A stretch of DNA of 64,000 bases from Schmidtea polychroa (taxonomy: Eukaryota), in NCBI GenBank assembly GCA_044892525.1, contig CM097887.1, positions 34,224,001 to 34,288,000 on the forward strand, written 5' to 3'. Below the pieces are notes generated by a model. The model was not told the DNA's origin and did no database searches. It was given only the letters and a program-made list of their open reading frames with translations. Of this stretch, positions 1 to 10,133 are shown one piece after another. Within the stretch, counting starts at the first letter, position 1; the number at the start of each line of letters is the position of its first letter. Position numbers and translations under genes: made by a program.

Positions 1-1
1 T

Positions 2-2098
2 AATAGGATGCCATTTGGGATTGCTGCTGCTCCAGCTACATTCCAAAAATTAATGAATATGGTTTTAGGAAAATTATTATGGAAAATTGCTATAGTGTAT
101 TTAGATGATATTTTAATATTCTCAAAAGACAAAGAAGATCATATAAAAAGAATAAATGAAGTATTAGAAAAAATAAAAGAAGCAGGATTGAGAATAAATC
201 CTGAAAAATGCAAATTTTTGGTGGAAACAAAATTTCTTGGTCACATTATAACTTGTGAAGGTGTTAAAGTCGATGAAGCTAAAATAGAAGCAATAAAAGG
301 GTTTCAAAGACCAAAATGTTTAAAGCAATTGAGGAGTTTCTTAGGACTGTGTAATTATTACAGAAAATTTATAAAAAATTATTCAAAATTCGCAAGAATA
401 TTAGAATCGATGTGCGGAAACAATAAAGACAAGTTAGTTTGGTCACAAGAATGTCAAGAAAGTTTTGAGGAATTGAAGAAAACACTATCAACTACACCAG
501 TTCTAATATATCCTGATTATGAGAAAGAATTTATTTTGGATACGGATGCCAGTTTCGATACCATAGGAGCTGTTTTGTCATAGATTGATGAACGTGTTAT
601 TGCCTATGGTTCACATACGATGAGTAAACATGAAATAGGATACTGTATCACGAGAAAGGAACTTTTAGCAATTTATTACTTTGCACAGCATTTTAAGCAC
701 TATCTTTACGGCAAGCGATTCCAGCTGAGAACGGATCACAAGGCTATAACATTTATGATGACAACAAAAAAACCTATAACGGCACAATTTCAGACATGGA
801 TAAACTTCTTGAGTAGTTTAGATATGGATATTAAATATCGAAAAGGAATTGACCATTCGAACGCTGACGCATTATCGAGAGATAAATGTGGGAAATGTAC
901 ACAGTGTATGGAAATCCATGAAGATGCCAAGACAGAGAAAGTAAAAACCAGATTGTTGGCAATGACAGCCACAAAACATGGATTGCAATGGCAAAAAGGT
1001 AATGAAGAGATAGAACATATGAGAAAAGCAATAGATAAAAATGAGACTACAAGATTTAAAATCATCGAAGATTTAATTTTAACAAGAGAAAATAAAATTT
1101 GGATTCCAAAAGTAAATAGAATAGAATTTGTCAAAGAGATGCACAAAATGTTGTGTCACGCTGGATGCAAGAAGGTAATCGATTATATAAAAGTTAATTA
1201 CGATATGGAGGAATTAAATACAATCGCGACTCAATATATTCAAAGTTGTGAAATATGCCAGAAACGAAAAACATTGACAACAAAAACAAAAGAACTAATT
1301 GTAAAAACACAAGTGGCGGAACCGTTTGAGGTTATAGCGATAGATTTTTGTGGACCTTTGCAGGCAAACATTCATGGAAAGAAATATATTTTGGGAATTA
1401 TAGATATGTGTAGTCGATACATTTCGTTGACAGCAGTAGCAAAGCAGGACGAAAAAACTACAGCGGATACTATTGTGAAATTCTGGATAATAAAATACGG
1501 GGCACCGAGAATTATTCATGTTGATTGTGGAAAAACATTTGAGTCTAACTTGATAAAAGAGTTGGCTAAGAATCACAATATACAGCTACAATTTTCTAGC
1601 CCTTATCATCATAACACTAATGGTTTGATTGAAAGACAATTTCGAACAATACGAGATTTTATCAGTACATCATTAAGAGATAAACTTAAGAGAAATTGGG
1701 TTGAAGTGTTACCTGAAATTGAGTTTACTTTAAATGCTATCATTCAAAGCACAACTGGAAAGAGTCCATCAGAAGCAGTATTTGGTTTTCGGATATCTAG
1801 AGAATGGAACAATAATAAAAGAATATACAACGATAGAAGAAAAATAGTGGAGGAAGTGCAATCAAAACAAAGAAATTTAAATTATAAAAATGAAAACCGA
1901 ATACACCGAGAATTCGATATAAATGAAGAAGTTTTAGTTAAAGTAGATTTGAGAAAAAAAGAGGAGGACCGATATACAGGACCTTTCGTAATTGTTAGAA
2001 AGATCCATGCAAATAGTTATGAATTACGAGACAGAGATGGGAAAATTATAATCCGCAACGTTGAATGGCTAAAACCTTTTAAACAGGGGAGATGTTAG
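2..2098 (+). mobile_element. pol: Ty3/Gypsy LTR retrotransposon pol (RT-RNaseH-integrase), 5'-truncated by the window edge, one in-frame stop
   Basis: Frame is open from the left edge (NRMPFG) and contains RT YLDD, RNaseH DAS..IGAVLS and LLAI, integrase H-H-C-C zinc finger, D-D-E (AIDF, HVDCG, LIERQ) and a GPF module. ORFs 8-583 and 620-2098 share one frame, split by TAG at 581-583 where the canonical GAVLSQ has Gln. Confidence 0.95.
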
Positions 2099-2320
2099 GG
2101 ATATTTAAATAATTAATTTATAAATAAAATATATATTATATTATAAGAAAAAGTATAATAAGTATAAAAGCTGGCACGCATAATTATCATTATTATTTAA
2201 TTAATTAATTCGCCATTTAAATCGGGTGTTTTAATAATACCAGATTTGGGCAATAATTTGTATTTTGCATTTTGTATTAAAAATAAATATTTCTAGATTA
2301 TTAACTGGTTATTATTAACA
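2093..2320 (+). repeat. 3' LTR of the Gypsy element (228 bp)
   Basis: Purine tract AAACAGGGGAGA (2081-2092) immediately precedes TGTTA. The LTR ends in TAACA, a terminal inverted repeat. TATAAAA at 2163 and AATAAA at 2282 lie inside. Confidence 0.8.
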
Positions 2321-2649
2321 ACTATAGTGTGAGTTTCAGATTGACATTCTATCAAAAATATTTTTCTAGCCAAATGTCACTGGAAAATTATATATTTTTT
2401 TAGTGGAGGAGTCTCTAAAAATTATTTCGATCCAAATATCCCGTGGATCATACTCCTACTGATACACTACTAACTGACGTTTTCATGAGTATCTAAAATA
2501 ATAAATAATTTCAATGCCAATAATAATTTTAAATGAATATTCATACGCGATAAATTTAAAATAATTAATTAATATATAAATTAATTACTTTAATTACTAA
2601 TTATAATATTTTCAATTATAATAATTTAATAAAAATGGTTTTGCTTATA

Positions 2650-2795
2650 TTATAAGAATTTTTTTTCAAATTTCACCACTGATTTCTTTTCAATTGACAT
2701 TGTATTTATTAAAAAGCTTGACTATGAATCAATAAATGTATCGATGCTTTTTTATATATTTACTGATTCATAGTCAAGTTTTTTAATAAATACAA
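2650..2795 (-). repeat. Dispersed ~150-bp repeat family (Penelope pLTR-like), hairpin-type copy
   Basis: Shares AAGAA(C)TTTTTT..TTTCACCACTGATTTCTTTT..ATTTATTAAAAAGCTTGACTATGAATC with copies at 6388, 7738, 10735, 16893, 29778 and 31334. Arms of 38 bp (2700-2737 and 2758-2795) have 2 mismatches. Confidence 0.8.
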
Positions 2796-2942
2796 GATTT
2801 TACTTATGTTTATATTTTTTTATTTATCACGGTTTAATAATCATTTTAAACGATTTTTACTACACAGATTATTTATTAATTTATAAATTTTAATTATTAT
2901 TTTAGGTGACCCCAAAACGTAAATCTTGCCATAAAGTAATAC

Positions 2943-3059
2943 CTGTTGAAGTAATAACCAAGTGGTATGATCGTATTTAAGTAAACCTCCAAATTCATTT
3001 GTCAAATTTTGCGAATCTACGTATTCATTTAGCTCTAATGAATTTTTCACTAGGAAACT
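2943..3059 (-). CDS. Sec14-domain gene, exon with the domain's C-terminal motif
   Basis: Encodes ELNEYVDSQNLTNEFGGLLKYDHTTWLLLQQ; donor CAG|GTATTA. The exact acceptor is uncertain by a few nt. Confidence 0.8.
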
Positions 3060-6000
3060 CTATGAAAATAATTAATATTCCTTATAAAAATAAACATACT
3101 TTCAATTCTTTTTCAATGACTTTTGTATTGGAAGTTTTAAAAATTTGTTTTAACGTTTTTGGTTCTGAAATTTTTAGAATCTTTTTAATTTGACTTACTA
3201 GCCGAGAATCCGGGGGCAATATTACGAATAGTTTAATATTAATATCTGGATTTTTGTACTAAAGAATAATAAAAAACAGTTTTAAAGAATTCTTTCATAC
3301 AAATATATAAAAGGAAGTGAGACTTAATTTTTTTAGTATCAACCTCTTACTGGCATTTTCCAAGTTGAGGTGACCCCTAATTATAAGTTGAAGCTTTTGA
3401 AAGAAATCTGAAGAATTATACATAAAAAATTTAATTTATAAAAATTTAATATCTGAAGGTATCAGGCTACCTCTAGAAAATAACCAATTTACCATTTTTA
3501 TAAACAGATTCGCGGGGTGAAATTAGTGACCTACAGATTTGTGTTACTATAATTTAAATAAAATTATTTTGAATTAATTCTAAGAAATCTTTGATTTAAG
3601 TTAAATTAATTAATTTTGAGTTAACTATTAGTCAACTAGTCTGAAAGGTCTATATAAATCAAAGAAAAATATTTCATTTATATTCAATCTGATAAGAGAT
3701 CAAATATTTAAATTCTACGCAACACAAATTTTCGGCATTATTTTCATCACGTGTTATTTATTATGACACTTGATAAAATCAAAGCAGAAAATTTGTGTTG
3801 TTATATTTTAAATCGAAAAAAATATAACAAGGGAAATGTAATGCATTTTTACTCTCTCTATATTAACTTCGCTGATGTTTGTATGTTTGTATGCGCCACG
3901 CAAATGTTGTGAGACCAAATTAACCTACTCTCCCTGGTCGTATTGAGCTGAAATTTGGCAAGTTGATTTGCTGTCGAGAACACTGCATGCGATCATGGAA
4001 AGTGGGTTTTCATACTACAGATTAATCTTTGGTTTCATATTTAACAAGAAATTTTTACACAGCTTTTTCAAATTTTTGTTATTGTTGCTATCTTGACAAA
4101 ATGCGATAAAGAATTCAATAGAATGATCAAAATTTACTTCTAGTCGAAAATTTGAGTCATCTTATGGTCAAAAATGTAATGAACTAACCATTTAAATAGG
4201 TCTTTGTCAGATCGTAGATAAGACAAGGACACAGTTTAGGTAACATTCCAAAGTGAAGACAAACGATTAAGGAACCAGATTGGACCTTATTAAAATAATT
4301 TGTATACAATTTTCTGTTTTTGAATAAGAATTAATTGAAATAACCATTGTTGTTTTTATATCCTTTCATAAAAATTCTCCGGGTCTCGGAATTAGAATAA
4401 AACACCGATCTATGTATTGTATATTTTTCGATTATCATGATATGTAAAAAGGTCTATAAGAACACTGAAATGGTTAATAACTTTTTTAAGGTAGCACCAA
4501 TAAGCATAATAAATACATTTCTAAGATCGCGGTTGTACAAAAATAGATAAATGAGAAAGAATTCTCATTATTTGTTGCAAGTTTTATTCAATGAGAATTT
4601 TCGATTATGAAACAATTCAAATATATTATGAAACATAACTAATCCTATAACGTTTCCAATGGGATATCCTCTTACTTTTACTGTTCTTCGTGACTGCTCT
4701 CTCAAAATATTAATATTCAAACAATTTTAATCTCAAATATTTTGGGAAATCAGTTTTTTAACAATTTTAAACAATTTACCTGAAAGCTGATAATTGTTTC
4801 AATAACGGTGTTGATAATAGTGAGAGAGCCAGCTCGGAAGTCTATTAGAAAACTTATTCCTGGTTTATTTTCAATCATTTTGATTATTTTATAGTAATAT
4901 TCTATTCCATTCATCATTTGCTCTTTTGATACTTGATTCAAGTGAATTTTCAAATGCATTTCCATAGGAAATACAACAATGGGAGTCTTCTGTCTATCAT
5001 AACTTCCTGAATTTAGGCTTAGTTATAAATATCATCAAATAATGTTGAATACATAACAAAAATGGGTAATTCGAACATATAGGAAAACACTGTCCTGATT
5101 ATCCATAAAATTTACTAAATTTTTTTTTAAAATACAAAGAATCTCATTGTGTTTATTCCTACTCTTTCTATTTTAACTTTCGAATAAAAAAATTTAAAAA
5201 ATTAATTTTGGTTGTCCAGATTAAGCCTTTTCACTATGTAATTCACTGTACCAAGGGATGAAGGTAAAAATTTGGCATAAAAATAAATTTAACTTAATAT
5301 TTTACTTACTAGTTAATTGCAAGGCGCCTAAGGCGCCCGTTGACAAATAATTTACTCAATCAGAATGATACGGAATCAAACATTCTAATCCTAATGGACT
5401 GACCCACATTATTGATTTCTGATTTTAAAATTATGACGAAAAATTTTAGTAATTACTAGGAACGAGTAACTTGCAAGGCGTTGCAAATAAATCTTTAAAT
5501 TCTATTATTAATAGTCAAAGTGCCCAGTTTACAGGGATTTTGAATGTATTTAAATAATTTAACCTTGTATATTTATTATTTGGGATGATGTTATTGTTTT
5601 TTAAAAAATATTTTGTAAATTTAATTTGAATTTTTTACATTTATTTAAATAAGTAAACTTGTATGAGAGAATGATGACAATTTTGTGTGTTTTTTAAATA
5701 TTAATTTTTGTTTGGATTAAAAATGTTTATATTTTCAAAAAATAAAATTTTATTAAATTACTTTTAGTTGGATAAAATTTGATTACGATTATTATTGATT
5801 AAATTGCTTAAATATTCTTATTTTCTTTTAGTGATAATTAATTCGATTTCTAGCTTGAAGAAGACTGTTAAACGGTCGAAATATATAACGTGATGTTATA
5901 CAATATATTTAGTTGGAGTTTTTCAATTATTAACACTTTGCCTTCTTGCTTTGATTAATTATAAAAAGTTGCATAAAATGGCATATGGATTGAGACAATA

Positions 6001-7121
6001 AATATTTTACATAAAAATTGCTGGGGTTCACATTAAGCAGTTTAAAAGAAATTTGCAGGCGCAATGAAATGTACAAATCGATAAAATGGAAAACTTTTAA
6101 AAATTAATAACCACGTGTATTTTGAGTGTATAATTAATTTTGTAATTACTAATATACCTATATAAATGTATATTATATAAAATAATATAAATTTTAATAA
6201 TAATATAAAATTTAATAATATTATATATTGAAGTTGTTTAGTACTTGATAATGACAGAAGAATTGTCAAAATATATTGCAAAAATTGATTTTATTAATTA
6301 TTTATTTAAATATAAAAACCAACATATTTATGATGAAAATGGAAACAGTAAGAAATTGATAAAAATATATCAATTAACCTTAAATTATTATAAGAACTTT
6401 TTTTCCAATTTCAGCACTGGTCATTTTTTCCATTGAATTTATTAAAAAGAGAGCTTGAAGATTATAAATCAGTAGTATATCGATGTTTTATGATACCCAC
6501 GAATTTTCGGCACTGCCTTTTACAAGTGAATTTCTTAACCTTAAATTAATGTGATTTCCTATGAAAGATAAATGCAAAAACTACAAATTAATTCATTAAT
6601 TAAATAACTATTTACCACATTAATCATTGTGAAGTATGAAAATTACATAATTAAATATTACAAATTGTAACAGAAAAATGAAACAGTACATTATTTATAA
6701 TAGTTTTCATTGATTTAATTAAATTATTATTCATTTACATTTTAATTATTAAAAATTTGGTTCTGAAAACTCATTTGCAATTAATTGAACCTTCAATCAA
6801 AATTTAAATTAAATATTTAATAATATTTAAAATATAAAATTAATATATTATTAATTAATAAACACAATTAAGTTTCAAGATCACACAAATAAACAGAAAC
6901 AATAAGTAAATGAAATGTTTACTAAAACTTTTTTTTAAAAATCTTTGTCAAAATATCTATTAAAATACTTAAAAATAAATTAAAAATAAATTGAAAACTA
7001 AATTGATACCGATCAAGGTGATTATTCCATCTTGGACAACTGGATTGTCAGGAATCTCAAGCAAATGTTGCTCTAAATCATCGAAAATGCCATCCAGATT
7101 TTGAGGGTCGCTTAGACTCAT
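2943..7121 (-). CDS. Spliced gene, N-terminal Sec14/CRAL-TRIO domain of the Trio/Kalirin/MCF2L/PLEKHG4/SESTD1 type; 3' part continues off the left edge
   Basis: Exons 7121-7010 (MSLSD..VVQDGIITLI-G), 5006-4780 (GSYDRQKTPIVVFP..EYYYKII..GISFLIDFRAGS), tentative 4700-4676 and 4139 to about 4020, and 3059-2943 (ELNEYVDSQNLTNEFGGLLKYDHTTWL). They have GT-AG ends, and the first junction is phase-compatible. The motifs parallel Trio LSGGRDKRGGPILTFP, GFTVIVDMR and VDPSQLTPEFDGCLEYNHEEW. The junction into 3059 is uncertain. Confidence 0.8.
3861..4010 (+). repeat. Truncated copy of a TGTATGTTTGTATG-containing interspersed repeat (Helitron/HINE-like)
   Basis: Aligns by eye with 12010-12305 and the reverse complement of 13388-13730. 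The superfamily is inferred. Confidence 0.55.
4780..5006 (-). CDS. Sec14-domain gene, exon 2
   Basis: Acceptor TTCAG and donor CAG|GTAAAT; 227 nt open; core Sec14 motifs. Confidence 0.85.
5309..5340 (-). mobile_element. Helitron-like 3' terminus
   Basis: On the minus strand a GC hairpin GGCGCC-TTA-GGCGCC lies about 10 nt before CTAG|T. The 5' end was not found. Confidence 0.4.
6388..6531 (-). repeat. Repeat-family copy with hammerhead-like motif (6531-6495), core mutated
   Basis: Minus strand reads AUUCAC UUGUAAA A GGCAGUGCC GAAA AUUC GUGGGU. Helix I pairs fully with two G-U wobbles; position A6 is U. Confidence 0.7.
7010..7121 (-). CDS. Sec14-domain gene, first coding exon
   Basis: ATG at 7121, 37 codons plus 1 nt, donor G|GTATCA; joins in phase 1 to the 5006 exon to give Gly. 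Confidence 0.75.
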
Positions 7122-7276
7122 TGAATATATTATTTTTACTTTGAACAAATTGGAAAATGAAATTTTATTTTTATAATCTCCAAATTTGTGAGTCAGACAG
7201 ACATTTTTTGTGCCAATTTATTGAGTCACATTGACAATCAATAGCAGGAATTCTTCTCCTGGTCGTTTGTGCTTCC

Positions 7277-7449
7277 NNNNNNNNNNNNNNNNNNNNNNNN
7301 NNNNNNNNNNNNNNNNNNNNNNNNNNNNNNNNNNNNNNNNNNNNNNNNNNNNNNNNNNNNNNNNNNNNNNNNNNNNNNNNNNNNNNNNNNNNNNNNNNNN
7401 NNNNNNNNNNNNNNNNNNNNNNNNNNNNNNNNNNNNNNNNNNNNNNNNN
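7277..7449. other. Assembly gap (173 N)
   Basis: Run of N; true length unknown. Confidence 1.
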
Positions 7450-7737
7450 CTAGCATTGATTATAATATTTATTACTTAGTATTACTTATTATATTAATTA
7501 ATTAATAATATTTATTTTATTAATTATTTTTATTCTGCTTACTTAACTCGGGTTTTCTTTAATTAATTAATTAACGATTTTCTGTTTTGGTACGTTTTCT
7601 TGCATTTCGACCCTTTCTTAACATATTCTGATAAATCAATTCTCACCGTGATCTATCCCATCATCTCATTTACATCTGACCAATTTTTCAAATTTTAATT
7701 CGATGATTTCTTGATTTTAGATTTAAGAACACAAAAA

Positions 7738-7845
7738 TTGACTATGAATCAGTAAAGATATAAAAAAGCATTGATATCTTTATTAATTCATAGTCAAGCT
7801 TTTTAATAAATACAATTGAAAATATCAATTGAAAAGAAATCAGAT
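7738..7845 (+). repeat. Repeat-family copy, hairpin type, opposite orientation to the other six
   Basis: Arms 7738-7760 and 7775-7797 match at 21/23, followed by GCTTTTTAATAAATACAATTG..GAAAAGAAATCAG. Confidence 0.7.
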
Positions 7846-9022
7846 GTGATTTCTTTTGGTTCTTTGAATATTTTGATAGGTAAAAGGGTTTCAAAAAACC
7901 GAAACGGTTGAATACAGTTGGCATAAAAGAAAACAGGAAAATATTTTCAATATTTGAAAGTATTAGAAATATTGCAACTTGTATCCAATTTATAGCTGTT
8001 CATCAGTAAGGCGGTTTCGATAATCTTTTTATACAAGTTTTATTTTTAGAAACATTTACTTTCAGACATGGGGGCTATTAGCAATGGGAACTTTTCATGT
8101 AAAAATTAATCTCTTAATTATCAAGAAACTTAACAAAAAAACAAGTGACAGTTGTAAGGATCTAGTTCAATTTGACATTTTATTTAATTAAATTAATTAG
8201 TTAATTTAATAAATTATATATTAATTAATTTAAGATTTAAAAATTATTATATGTAAATAATATTTGTGATTAATATATTAATTATTTAAAAGTAAATATG
8301 ATTATAATAAAAATATTTAATTTAAAATATTATAATTTTTAATGAATTTAATTAAAAGCATTTAAAGATATTTTAATTATAGAAATGTTTTAATTCATAT
8401 TGTTGAGAGCCAACATTTTTCAATTTAACTGATTGAAGCAGGTCGCAAATTGAACCTTGACATGAATAATTAAAACAACCGACGATTTTCGTATTGTTCG
8501 TTTCCGGTTTAAATGATTGAAATGATGTTTTCATGTTATTTTTTGTGATTGGAAATAAATATTTATAACTGAAAATTAAAAAGTGACAGAATAATAAACT
8601 TTATCAAAAAAATTAGTATTTTGACCTCTCTTAGAATTGTTCAGAAAAAAAAATCTATTCATTTGTTTTCGCATAAAATTTCTTTCTTATTCGCACCTAA
8701 TATTAATTATTCATAACTCTCACAACATTAGCCCCACCCAAAGGAATTCGTTGATAATTAAATCAGAAAATCATTCTGCATTATTTCCACTATAGTAAAA
8801 CAAACTACAGAAACGAAATTCAATTAACAATATTTTGCCTTCAGAAATGTGTCGGTGTGTCCGAGGAAAATCTGGCAGCCCGTTCGTAGAATGGTCAGTC
8901 GAATGGCGAGCTGCGCTTTTATTCCCAACTTAATAACAAGCCAAAGTTGAGAATTTGCATTTGTTTTTTTTTATAACTAACTTTCATTTAAAATATTCAA
9001 TATATACATATATAAATATATA

Positions 9023-10133
9023 ATGAACCAATCTCGAATGAATGGGATTTGTCCATTTGTCATTTTTGCCATTTTGATACAGTGCCAGGCTCAGCATTGG
9101 CTGCATAGCGGATCGAACTCCCTTTGTTATAGTGAAGGCAAAGCATTCCGATGCGTTCCGCCGTTTACGAATATTATCGAAAATATGATCCCAGATGAAA
9201 TAACAAGTACATGTGGACAGAATAAAAAGCAAAGGATCTGTGTCGATCAGATCAACTGTCACAGTTGTATGAAAGATACCCATTCTATCAATTACTTAAC
9301 CGACCAACATTTAAACAACAATATCACATATTGGGCATCTGATTTTGTGAACCATGGAGATAATGTTAATATAACTTTTTCATTTGGAAAATTATTCGAG
9401 ATTTATTACATTTCCTTAGTATTCATTCCTTTATTGGAGCCAGACTCGATTATTATTTCTAAAAGTATTGACAATGGCACCTCATGGACTGAATGGCATT
9501 ATTTTTCCAAAGATTGCTATCGTTCATTTGGAATCCAGCCGATGGATTTCAGTCACTACTCGGATTCTAAAATCACTGAGAGCACCGTCGACCATTCTCT
9601 AACTTGCACCAGTATTTCTGATTCAAAGCTTGGGAATTCAGTCAACTCTCCATCGGTATTGGCATTTACGACAAACAATCCTAACTTTTTCCCCCATGCG
9701 TCCGATCAATATAATTCTTGGATGAGTGCTACGAATATTAGAATAACTCTTCGTAAATCGGAAACCAATTTCCTGAATTCTCACCTGGACGGATTTACGT
9801 ATCCGCCGCATTTGAAACAATATTTCAATCGAATATATAGAAAAAGCAATTCTTCTTCGAATTTGCCTGTCAATCGAAAATTTAAACAAAAAAAACGAAA
9901 TTCTCCGAGTGTTTTGAAAATTTCGGATTTCTTTGCACTTGCCGACATCTCAATCGGGGGACGTTGTCAGTGCTATGGACATGCCGGACGATGTTTGAAA
10001 AATCCCATTGACAACACGTACCATTGCGATTGCCAGCATAATACCGCTGGAAGGGACTGTGAAATGTGTCGGGAAGGATTTGTGGAGAAACGTTGGTCAG
10101 TTGCTACTGTTAATTCAGCGGCAGAATGTAAAC
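9023..10133 (+). CDS. Netrin: Netrin exon 1 (signal peptide, LamNT, LE1)
   Basis: Contains [39 protein letters not shown]; donor C|GTAAGA at 10134. Confidence 0.95.

Noticed and set aside
790-1576. Minus-strand ORFs over pol, and similar antisense ORFs over netrin, TRRAP and transposases
   Set aside because: Shadow ORFs opposite real coding sequence.
4500-5150. Apparent Penelope-type RT motif (PMGYPLTF) on the plus strand
   Set aside because: The region is better explained by minus-strand Sec14-gene exons with proper splice sites; no YVDD motif.
6011-6095. Open minus-strand segment with AG/GT ends (and an SFPFYRFVHFIAP reading) as a Sec14 exon
   Set aside because: Exon 1 joins 5006 directly to give the conserved Gly; the Sec14-like frame here has a stop.
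7231-7505. ORFs spanning the N run
   Set aside because: Artefacts of the assembly gap.
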